IMG/VR virus record: IMGVR_UViG_2582581260_000003
Strand: one strand, 5' to 3'
Length of the DNA: 64,000 bases
From: a virus
The position numbers and the translations under genes were made by a program. Numbering within the stretch: position 1 is the stretch's first letter; every line of letters starts with the position of its first letter. The notes below the pieces were generated by a model. It did not search any database. It had not been told where the DNA came from and saw nothing but the letters and a program-made list of their open reading frames with translations. Of the stretch, positions 19,333-28,197 are shown one piece after another.

Positions 19333-21909
19333 TTAAATACTTTTGTTATTCTCTGTTATTTTGGATAACTCAAGTTCTATCATATCTTCAATAATAGCTG
19401 TATGGGTTGCTAATCGTAATATAGGTATACTATATTTTTTAAATATGCCGTCCTTCTTTTTATCTCTTTCTAGCTGTTCTGGATTATTTAAATGAAATTC
19501 AGTACCATCTACTTCAATAGCAAGAACAGGGTTAGCATTAAATTTGTTAAATATAATAAAGTCCACACTGCTTCTTGATTGTTTTATGAATTTCTTTTCG
19601 ACTTCTGTACATATATCCTGATTTAAAAAGATATCTGAAAGCTTAACCTCATAAGCAAATGAGTAACAATTAAAAATTTCTTTCCTAAGTAATTCTGATA
19701 TAACTGAATATATAATCTTCTCACTATCAAATCTTATATTCTTTTTAACATTGTTCATTGCCTCCTTTCTTGCCAATAACCTTTCAGAATAATCCCTATA
19801 TAGTAAATCAAATACAGAAATTACTCGTCCCTCTTCAATATTCTTCTCATCATGATATTCTATGTACTTTATTAAATCACCAATGTCATTTCCATTTTTA
19901 TAAAATGCATCCGTATTAGTAATTAAAATCAACTGATTTTCTGCACGTGATACAGCTACATTAACCATTTGTGGATTATTTACAAATGGCATCTTCCTTT
20001 TTGATTTTGCTGATTGATCAAGTACTGTCGAAAAAACTATGACCGACTTTTCCCTACCTTGATACTTGTGAATTGTATCCTTCTCAATTTCTTCCGAATT
20101 TATCTCTTTTGAATATTCTATTTGTAATCTATAAGGCGAAAGTAATCCAATATCATTTAGATTCTTTGAGTAGAGTTCAATTCTGTACTCACTTTCATTT
20201 TTAATTAAATAACTTAACTCTTCTAATTCTCTCTGGTTAAAGACTCCTTTCCTTCCTCTAGTGAGTTCACGCATATGGTTTCCAGCAGCAGTTTTTATAA
20301 CACTTATTGCATTGTTATTCGAGCAATTGCTGTAGACGATTAAATTTCCGTCATAATATTTCATATTACAAAATCTAATTATATCAGGATGACATCTATA
20401 GTGTTCTTGAAGTAAAGTTCTTTCTATAGTATCACCGTATAAGCAATCAAGAGAATCCATTATATTTTTGGTTCTATAATCATAGGCCTCATTTTCAAAG
20501 CTCATTTCAATTTTTTCCGGTATATGTGGTAATTGTTTTTGATCTCCTACAATAACAATTTTTTTAGCACAGGATAATGGTAGCACTGCTTTAACAAGAT
20601 CTAATGTGGAAGCTTCATCAATGATAACATAATCAAACATAAAGCCCTTTGATACCGAGTATGTCACTGAATATGCAGTGCTTAGAATCACTGGATAATC
20701 TTTGATAAAAGAATCAAAGTCCTTTTTATACGAATCTATCGTATGTTTTTCCTTTTTCTTGAACCTTTGACTTAAATAATGATTAAGTATTTCTTGTGAT
20801 ACTTGATAATGCTTATCAGCTAGTTTATCAAATCTTTGAGTCTGCAGTGTTTTTTGACATTCAGCCAACTTGTCTTCCAGCTCTTTAATCTTTAGATCAT
20901 AATAAATCTGTTGGAAACGTGTAATAACCTCATAATCCTTTTCTTGAAGATACTTAAACCTATATATACCATACTTTACTAAAAGCTTAAACTTATTTTT
21001 AAGGGTCAACTTCTCACTTTCTGTTATCATGATTTGATGATCGACCAAAAAATTAATTACCTTTTCATAACCCAAAGTAATAAAACTAATATGTCTGTTA
21101 TCCAAATCTTTTATATCGTGTGCATTATTATAATACTTTTTCTCTAACCTTAATGCGTTCAATTGCTCAGTAATTATTCTCTTTTGCCTATCTTTTTCCA
21201 TTAATTGCTCTAATTGATTGCTAGACTTTATTAACTCACTTTTAAGTTTTTCAAGATTTTCTTCGTCAAGTTCTTTGTCATGAAAATCTGATGATTCTCG
21301 AACTTGATTTTTAAAAAAATCCTCTTGATTCTTTTTACTGCCTAATAAAGCAAAAACAAAATCATAGCCATCTTTTATAAGTTTATCTTTTATATTATCT
21401 ACTGCTGCATTATTATTAGATACAATCGCAACATTCTCACCTCTAACCAGAATATTGGCAATAATATTTAGTATGGTTTGTGTTTTACCTGTTCCAGGAG
21501 GGCCTTGAATAATACTTAATTCATTTTTGAAAACTTTTCTTGTTGCATTCAGTTGGCTCTTATTAAATCTAAATGGAAAAACTAAAGGATTTTCATCAAT
21601 AAACGTTTCAAAGGGAGTACCATTTAAGTACTTATGTAATAGTGAATTCTCCTCTATAGTAACATTCTCATAGTATTTACTAAGTGCTGAAAAATCATCG
21701 ACAACCTTAATACTATCGGCAATTTTAGCAAATTCCATAAAAGGTCCAATAGATTTCTTTTTAATAACAACTCTATTTTTTTCTTTACTAAATGGATAGA
21801 TGGTATCACTGCCTTTATACCTTATTAAATATTCATCCTCTCTAACTTCATAATCTGCTATTTCTTTTGTCTTATTAATTCCATCAATAAAAATTTCTTC
21901 TATAACCAT
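19333..21909 (-). CDS. SF1 (Upf1/DNA2-like) helicase with C-terminal DUF2726/Vsr-like nuclease domain
   Basis: QGPPGTGKT, IIDEAS, VGDQKQL, HYRCHP, TIHKYQGRE and NVAVSRA. C-terminal SVDFII...AIEVDGTEFH...ERDKKKD...ILRL. Confidence 0.9.
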   Translation of the reverse strand: MVIEEIFIDGINKTKEIADYEVREDEYLIRYKGSDTIYPFSKEKNRVVIKKKSIGPFMEFAKIADSIKVVDDFSALSKYYENVTIEENSLLHKYLNGTPFETFIDENPLVFPFRFNKSQLNATRKVFKNELSIIQGPPGTGKTQTILNIIANILVRGENVAIVSNNNAAVDNIKDKLIKDGYDFVFALLGSKKNQEDFFKNQVRESSDFHDKELDEENLEKLKSELIKSSNQLEQLMEKDRQKRIITEQLNALRLEKKYYNNAHDIKDLDNRHISFITLGYEKVINFLVDHQIMITESEKLTLKNKFKLLVKYGIYRFKYLQEKDYEVITRFQQIYYDLKIKELEDKLAECQKTLQTQRFDKLADKHYQVSQEILNHYLSQRFKKKEKHTIDSYKKDFDSFIKDYPVILSTAYSVTYSVSKGFMFDYVIIDEASTLDLVKAVLPLSCAKKIVIVGDQKQLPHIPEKIEMSFENEAYDYRTKNIMDSLDCLYGDTIERTLLQEHYRCHPDIIRFCNMKYYDGNLIVYSNCSNNNAISVIKTAAGNHMRELTRGRKGVFNQRELEELSYLIKNESEYRIELYSKNLNDIGLLSPYRLQIEYSKEINSEEIEKDTIHKYQGREKSVIVFSTVLDQSAKSKRKMPFVNNPQMVNVAVSRAENQLILITNTDAFYKNGNDIGDLIKYIEYHDEKNIEEGRVISVFDLLYRDYSERLLARKEAMNNVKKNIRFDSEKIIYSVISELLRKEIFNCYSFAYEVKLSDIFLNQDICTEVEKKFIKQSRSSVDFIIFNKFNANPVLAIEVDGTEFHLNNPEQLERDKKKDGIFKKYSIPILRLATHTAIIEDMIELELSKITENNKSI

Positions 21910-22103
21910 ATTAAATCTCTCTCATTTCTACTATTTATATCTTCACCACAATAAATACTTATCTCTATCATATTTCTCTTAAAAAGGATCGTTATTTAGA
22001 TAATAATCTAAAATGAATTATCCTTAAGATTTAGCTAACACTTTTAGAATCAATCTTTCGATATTATAAATCTTATTATTCATAACTGTTTCTTTTTATT
22101 GTT

Positions 22104-22186
22104 TTATCTACAAAATAGCACGCAACATTCCACATGCTTTAAGGTGACAAAAAAGATGCCCTGGGAAGCTAATATCTCCTTGATAA
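22104..22186 (-). repeat. attR-like junction 4: arm plus rlmD 3' tail HVECCVLFCR*
   Basis: 22104-22136 translates HVECCVLFCR*. Arm CTTTAAGGTGACAAAAAAGATGCC...CTCCTTGAT. Confidence 0.8.
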
Positions 22187-22436
22187 CAGGGCGAATCTCA
22201 TAATTTATTACCTTAATCAAGTTAGAGTTTGTTTGTGCTTTACAATCAAGTAAATTGTGAACAATAAAATTTTCAAAGACGTGCAAATCCCTGAAGGCTT
22301 TATTTGTTGCAATTTTATTATACATTTTTATAAATGCTGTTGGTACAATCATGAATCATCAATGTTCTTTTAGAGCAATTGTCAATTACAAGAACGGAGT
22401 ATGATGGCCAACAATTAGCTACATCCATTATTCTTA

Positions 22437-23525
22437 TCAAGAATACTTTTTCCTTATATACCTTGCAATACTATCATAATCACCATATATGAATTTTTCA
22501 TTAATACCCATAAAATCTAACTCTTGTAATACCTTTTCCTTATTCTCAATAACGATTACAACATCAGGCCACACCCTCTGTTGGGAAAGGATATGCGTAT
22601 TATATGTTCTTTCATCAAAAGAAAGATATGCCTGATAGACAAATAAACCTTGCTGATTTCGTCCTCTTTCAAAGGACAATATTGGCGTATATAGAAAATT
22701 GGGAATACAGTTAAGCCACCAAACTGTTGCTTCAAAATTCAGGGTTTGTTTTAAAAATGACTGCAGTTTTAATGTGTATTCTAGTACAACCAATTCTATG
22801 GAATCATATCGATGCTTTATTTCAGTAATCAATTCTCTACTGTCTTTTACATATTCATAGTGTAACTTATTTTTATATTTTCCATTGTCATATAAGGGAA
22901 AATCAGATTCTTTAAAGGTATACGGCTGCATATCAACAAAGTAATACTGCCAATCATCAGCTAACTGCTTGAAATAATAGTAGAATTTTTCAGGATGTTG
23001 TTTGTAAAAATCATCAAATCCCTTATATAAATCCAAAATAATATCATTTTCATTTCGTATAAAAAGATCAAGGAAATTCTTGTCCTCATTGCGTGAAAGC
23101 AAGTCTGTAATGTCAATCAATTCATCTTTCAGAAGATATACAAATCCTCTTTCTTGTCCAGAACATTCATCTGAACTACGAGATGGTTGACACGCAAAAA
23201 ATAATGCAACTAAAGGTGACCTTGTAAAATCAATAAGGTTCGTTGGTATTCCGTGATGTTGAGCAAAAGCCAAAAAATTATTGCGTTCATCAGGCGTAAG
23301 CCTATGGAAGATCTCTCTTCTTAACTCATTCTTCATTTTAATAAAGGGATACTCCCTATTTCTAAGTGCAGACGAAATTGTATCATTGTAATTCGCTGGT
23401 TCTCCACGAAATATGTAACTTTCAAATTCATTATTTGAAAACAAGTTTATATACTCTGCTAAATTCCTAACGACTATCTCTTTTGGAATTGGCAGACCTT
23501 TCAACTCTTTTTTTGAGAATCTCAT
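22437..23525 (-). CDS. FRG domain-containing protein
   Basis: YIFRGE, AQHHGIPTNLIDFTRSPLVALFFAC, RGRNQQGLF and LDFMGINEKFIYGD. Confidence 0.9.
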   Translation of the reverse strand: MRFSKKELKGLPIPKEIVVRNLAEYINLFSNNEFESYIFRGEPANYNDTISSALRNREYPFIKMKNELRREIFHRLTPDERNNFLAFAQHHGIPTNLIDFTRSPLVALFFACQPSRSSDECSGQERGFVYLLKDELIDITDLLSRNEDKNFLDLFIRNENDIILDLYKGFDDFYKQHPEKFYYYFKQLADDWQYYFVDMQPYTFKESDFPLYDNGKYKNKLHYEYVKDSRELITEIKHRYDSIELVVLEYTLKLQSFLKQTLNFEATVWWLNCIPNFLYTPILSFERGRNQQGLFVYQAYLSFDERTYNTHILSQQRVWPDVVIVIENKEKVLQELDFMGINEKFIYGDYDSIARYIRKKYS

Positions 23526-23815
23526 TTCATATCCCCCATATCTTCAGCAAAAGGTTCTAACTTGAAGAGACTTTGATTTACTGCATCCATCCAATGTTCT
23601 TTATCCCTTACTTGTCCTGTTGCAGCAAGCACATAGGATACAAGTTCAGCAAGCACATTCCTCTTATAGGGCTCTATATCCAGAGTTCTTTGCATAAAAT
23701 CTAAGCGGTTTATAAAAGACTCAGCTGATTTTTTATTGTTGGCACTTACAGCTTTATCAGCTAACATTTTGATTTCTTCAAATTCTTTACCTGTAAGGTG
23801 TCCTATATTTTTCAT
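23522..23815 (-). CDS. Small hypothetical protein, translationally coupled to the FRG gene
   Basis: 97 aa with AGGAGG RBS and an ATGA overlap with the FRG start. Confidence 0.7.
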   Translation of the reverse strand: MKNIGHLTGKEFEEIKMLADKAVSANNKKSAESFINRLDFMQRTLDIEPYKRNVLAELVSYVLAATGQVRDKEHWMDAVNQSLFKLEPFAEDMGDMK

Positions 23816-23908
23816 GGTTTCCTCCTTGAATTTGTAATCTTAGTTCTTCGGAACTGGAAAATTGTATAATTTATTTTCAAAATTCACAATCATCTTATAA
23901 ATACTTAC

Positions 23909-24529
23909 TCAACTCTTGCTTTCATCTATTATTGCGTAATGTTTTGCTTTTACAAACAAGGTTCCTAAGTTTAGCGGTAGTTTTTCTAAAATAGTGAACA
24001 AGGTAATTTGACCTAAAGTTTTAGAACCCATTCTATTACTAAATTGTTCTATAGTTGAATTCCGTGCAAAATATCTAAATAGTTTTTCAAAAAAGCTGTT
24101 AACAGAAGATATTGTTTTATCCTGTAACATCGCATCCAAATGAAATACAAGTATTTTAGAATAGTCAAGCCTCTTGTTGTGATAATCCAATAGTATAAGC
24201 TCACTCTCACCTGAATACTTCCACTTGAACTCCTTCTCTAAATCCTCAATAAACTTGACATACATTGAATGGCTAAATGACCACATGGTACCCTCAATAG
24301 TTACAATATGTTTTTCATCAGGATATGCATTATGCCAGTAAGCTCCATATCCAGGCAAATAGAAATTGATATTTTTACCAGAGCGGTGATGATAATATGG
24401 AAGGCTGTCAATAATGCTTCTACCAGCATCAGACTTAGGTCGTGCTAATAAAATACCTATAGTATCATTCAATATATCACTTTTTTCGATATCAGCTAAA
24501 ATATCTTTATATTTAAGTGCTTGTAACAT
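23909..24529 (-). CDS. Hypothetical protein
   Basis: 206-aa ORF with AGGAG RBS, starting 32 bp after an rlmD-like tail. Confidence 0.7.
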   Translation of the reverse strand: MLQALKYKDILADIEKSDILNDTIGILLARPKSDAGRSIIDSLPYYHHRSGKNINFYLPGYGAYWHNAYPDEKHIVTIEGTMWSFSHSMYVKFIEDLEKEFKWKYSGESELILLDYHNKRLDYSKILVFHLDAMLQDKTISSVNSFFEKLFRYFARNSTIEQFSNRMGSKTLGQITLFTILEKLPLNLGTLFVKAKHYAIIDESKS

Positions 24530-24560
24530 AATATCACTCCTACCGATTTGAATTTTGTAT

Positions 24561-24610
24561 CTATTGCCAATCTAACCAACAAACTGTCTCCACATATGTT
24601 GGGACAAAAG
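24561..24610 (-). repeat. Divergent att-like junction 5: rlmD-like tail YVETVCWLDWQ* with a different arm
   Basis: 24561-24596 translates YVETVCWLDWQ*, preceded by FVPT. The arm shares only GACAAAAG with the other junctions. Confidence 0.55.
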
Positions 24611-24695
24611 TCTGATATTAATATGCAAAAATATAGGGTTTTTAATAAAGGCAGATCCCCTTTACACCCCTATTAAGGTGATTAATTAAAATATT

Positions 24696-25538
24696 TCATG
24701 CAAAATAATAAAATAAATTATCAAATATTAAAATAACCTTTAAGGAATTAACTTCCGTTCCATATTCTGTATCTGCCCCATGTAGTATCGCATGCCTACC
24801 TATAGGTGATTGCATGCTTTTACCATGCTCAAAACTACAATATAATCTTTCATTAAAGAAGTTCTTGTATGCATATCCGAAACTGTATGTTTCAGTCTCA
24901 GTAACTCTCTTTTCTAAATATCCTCTTATTTTGGTCCCCCCCATATGCCCAATATGATTTTCTGAATCTGCTATGACTCCTTCTAGTTGAGAGATGAAAA
25001 TGCAAGTTGATAGAAAATAATCTCCTCTTTTATGTGCATTAATTGCTTGTTTTAATATTGGGATTCGTTTTTTAAGAGTCTTGCTTTTTTCCCAATTATT
25101 TAAGAAATAATCTATCGCTTCTATATTATGCTTTTTTGTATAGTAATCATTAATCATTACTTCTAATTCATCTTCTCCAGAAGTAGCAGATACTTCTACA
25201 ATCTTTCTCGCTTCTTCAACATTCATTTCAAGATGAGGTGACCATCCCAAATTGTACATTAAGTTATAGAATCTTTCCATACGCTCAAGTAATTGTTTTT
25301 TAAGTTCATTATTACTTTCTTCAGCTTCTTTCCTAAATCTATCTAGTGTTTCATTTCTATGTCTTTCTGATTGCTCTTTGATTCTAGCAAAATATTCTTT
25401 TTTCTGTTTTTTTATAGCCCTCGTTTGAAGTTCTCTCCACTCCTCTTCGATTAATCTGTTATCATTATTTCCCTTCTCTATAAGCTTAATTAAATATTCA
25501 CAATTTTGTTTTAATATGCTATCATTATAATCTATCAT
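24696..25538 (-). CDS. Hypothetical protein with coiled-coil N-terminus and HEPN-like RxxxxH motif
   Basis: AINAHKRGDYFLSTCIFISQLEG...IGRHAILHGADTEYGTEVNSLK. Confidence 0.6.
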   Translation of the reverse strand: MIDYNDSILKQNCEYLIKLIEKGNNDNRLIEEEWRELQTRAIKKQKKEYFARIKEQSERHRNETLDRFRKEAEESNNELKKQLLERMERFYNLMYNLGWSPHLEMNVEEARKIVEVSATSGEDELEVMINDYYTKKHNIEAIDYFLNNWEKSKTLKKRIPILKQAINAHKRGDYFLSTCIFISQLEGVIADSENHIGHMGGTKIRGYLEKRVTETETYSFGYAYKNFFNERLYCSFEHGKSMQSPIGRHAILHGADTEYGTEVNSLKVILIFDNLFYYFA

Positions 25539-26170
25539 ATAAGTAACAAAACCTCCTCAGCAAAAATTAAGTCTTTAATTTATCCCAAAGTAATACTAAT
25601 ATTTAAGATAATTATACCACATATCCTATATTTTCCACTTTTAAAACAATAAAAAAGCCAGTTAGGATTACAACTGTCTCTAACCTTAGTGCTATTGTTA
25701 TTCAATTATGCACTTAACATCCGTTCAATCTAGAAAACTTACAACTATCCTCTCATTTCCAAACACCGTCATCTTCTTAATACATTTAAAGACAAACACA
25801 TCAAATTCTTTTATCGTTACTATATATTTAATAACCTAAATAAACTCCCTAGCTTTATACCTCCTTAACTCATCCTCATCTGTATTCTTCCACTTTTTTA
25901 TAAAACTGCTCTCATTTTTACCAAATCATTAAAGCTACTTGCAAATGAACTGCTTACTCAGATATTCCTATTACTCACTAGTCTAACACACAGGGGGATT
26001 GAGATGGAATCACTAGTCAAATTAGTATTTAAACTATCTATTCAATGTTGCTTCATCTGTAAAATGAGCCTTTGTAATTTTATTTCTTATGCAGTAGTAG
26101 CTAAATCATACAACGCTAAATTCCATATAAAAGATTCCAAGGATATTCTGCACCATAAGTTTTATCATCT

Positions 26171-27439
26171 TTACCTAAAACAAAATTCTGTAAATGGAAT
26201 CCTGACTTTATCCTTATTTTTACTGCATATCTCTAAGTACTCATTAAAAATCAAAATCTTTTCACCCCTATTCCTAACTATTTCTTCATCATAACTCCCA
26301 TTCCCACAAACAGTATCTCCTAAAATTTCCTTTACCCACTCTTCATTCAATGTAGGAGAATCAGCACACCTTTCTTTCCCCTTTTCAATCCTTGTCGCAC
26401 ATCTCCAAACTACCTTATCCCTTTCAGTTCTTCTTCTATAAGAAGCCCCACAATACCCACATATTAATAAGTTACCAAGAAGATATTTACCATTATACTT
26501 TCTAATACTGGACTCCACCGTACCATCTTCTTTATAGACTAATCTTGCTCGTCTATTCATTTCTTCCTGAACTCTATCATATACTTCATCAGAAATAATG
26601 GCTGGATGACTATCCGTTACATAGTAGCGATTCTTTTGCCCATCGTTCTTGCTTTTTCTTCCCGTCATAAAATCTTCTGTATAAGTCTTTTGCAACATGG
26701 TATCACCTTTATACTTTTCATTTTTGAGTATCTTTTGAATAACTGCTGTAGCCCATATTTCTTTTCCCGTAGCTGTTTTAATCTGTTTTTGTTCCAAATA
26801 CTCTTTAATTTGCTGCAAGGTACTTCCTTCCAAATATAATTGATAGATTTTCCTTATGATATCAGATTCCTCTGGTACTATTATCAATTTATCATTTTTA
26901 CATCTGTATCCCATAGGACTTTTACCAGCAAAGTTATCTCCTCTTTCAAATTTACGTTGATATCCCCACCGAATGTTTTCACTCAAATTCCGACTTTCTT
27001 CCTGAGCTAAAGCTCCATTAAATGCAATATCAATTTCTTTTTCCTCTTCAAGAGAATTTAAGTCTTCCTTTTCAAAATAGATATTGATACCTCTCGCTTT
27101 TAATCCTCGTATAATTGTTAATATGTCTAATACATTTCGAGATAATCTACTGATGGACTTAGTAATAATATAATCAATTTCCCCTTTATACGCTTTCTTC
27201 AACATTGCATCTAAACCATTACGTTCATCTTTTCTAAGCCCACTTTCATAGTCATAAAACACACCAGCAAAATCCCATTCTGGATTATTTTGAATTAACT
27301 TTGTATACTGTCTAATTTGAAGGTCGATACTGCCTTGCTGGCTTTCACGCTCTGTACTCACTCTACAATATGCCGCTACATTTAATTTACCCTTACTCTC
27401 CAAAGAATTTTTCGCAGGAATAATCATAATCTTTTTCAT
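26171..27439 (-). CDS. Large serine recombinase (resolvase + recombinase + Zn-ribbon), stand-alone
   Basis: AAYCRVST, TKSISRLSRN, AQEESRNLSENI, KYKGD and CGYCG...WRC. Confidence 0.92.
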   Translation of the reverse strand: MKKIMIIPAKNSLESKGKLNVAAYCRVSTERESQQGSIDLQIRQYTKLIQNNPEWDFAGVFYDYESGLRKDERNGLDAMLKKAYKGEIDYIITKSISRLSRNVLDILTIIRGLKARGINIYFEKEDLNSLEEEKEIDIAFNGALAQEESRNLSENIRWGYQRKFERGDNFAGKSPMGYRCKNDKLIIVPEESDIIRKIYQLYLEGSTLQQIKEYLEQKQIKTATGKEIWATAVIQKILKNEKYKGDTMLQKTYTEDFMTGRKSKNDGQKNRYYVTDSHPAIISDEVYDRVQEEMNRRARLVYKEDGTVESSIRKYNGKYLLGNLLICGYCGASYRRRTERDKVVWRCATRIEKGKERCADSPTLNEEWVKEILGDTVCGNGSYDEEIVRNRGEKILIFNEYLEICSKNKDKVRIPFTEFCFR

Positions 27440-27528
27440 AAATAAATCCTCCTTATTCTAATCCTTAAATTAATCAACAAAAAAGACGTAAAAGCTCAAT
27501 AGCTCTTACGCCCCTAAAATTTTACTCT

Positions 27529-27738
27529 TTACTCATTTTCAATTATTGATAGTTCTATATAACTATCTTCTTTTACTAACCGACGTAAATATTCTTTGCC
27601 TCCATCTAAACTACATCTGCCACAAAAACACGTTACAAAATCGTGTACAATTTTAGATTCAATAATATCACCACAGTATTTACATTGGATACTATTTTTC
27701 AATATCTTTCCCCATTTTATCTCCTTAGAATTGCTCAT
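27529..27738 (-). CDS. Small Cys-rich (Zn-finger-like) protein
   Basis: QCKYCGDIIES..HDFVTCFCGRCSLDGG. Its AGGAG RBS overlaps the stop codon of the rlmD tail. Confidence 0.75.
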   Translation of the reverse strand: MSNSKEIKWGKILKNSIQCKYCGDIIESKIVHDFVTCFCGRCSLDGGKEYLRRLVKEDSYIELSIIENE

Positions 27739-27748
27739 ATTTATCTCC

Positions 27749-27831
27749 TTATCGATGCAACAGGACTACAACTTCTGTATGCCTTGAGGTGACAATAAAG
27801 ATGTCGTAAGCACCTAGTATCCCCTTGGCGG
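27749..27831 (-). repeat. attR-like junction 6 (probable end of the ICE): arm plus rlmD 3' tail HTEVVVLLHR*
   Basis: 27749-27781 translates HTEVVVLLHR*. Arm CCTTGAGGTGACAATAAAGATGTC is identical over 24 bp to junction 2, then ...CCCCTTGGCGG. Confidence 0.85.
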
Positions 27832-28197
27832 AAGAATATATTTCTAAAGTTCTAGCAATTCTACCACATTTTTTTGATTTTTAAATTTCTCCCACAACAT
27901 TACTTGCTACATTTAGACAAAGTTTATCTTGATAATTTGATACTTACTTTTTACCAATATATTAAATACTTTTCATATCAAAATTGTAAGCAACAAAACC
28001 CTCAAATGCTTATTTATTTAAAGACTTTGTTTTTTACAATTTAAAGTATTATCTTATCGAGTGATATGTACTGTCATTGCATGATCTCTTATAGGGTAGA
28101 GTATGCCATTACTACATATTTTATAAATTGAGATCATGCTATAAATATAATGGAAAGTTACAGACCATCATTTGAAGTGGTGATCTGTAACCCAATC

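Noticed and set aside
22104..22352. 82-aa ORF ending in HVECCVLFCR
   Set aside because: Chance read-through across the att arm into the rlmD tail; only the last 10 codons are meaningful.
25640..25700. Possible seventh rlmD tail (LETVVILTG on the minus strand)
   Set aside because: No His/Val before Glu, no nearby stop and no arm. It overlaps a terminator-like hairpin.
7741..27831. Dispersed arms as a CRISPR array or as classical integron attC sites
   Set aside because: Spacing is kilobases, there is no attC-like palindromic structure and no tyrosine integron integrase. Linkage to rlmD tails and serine recombinases explains them better.
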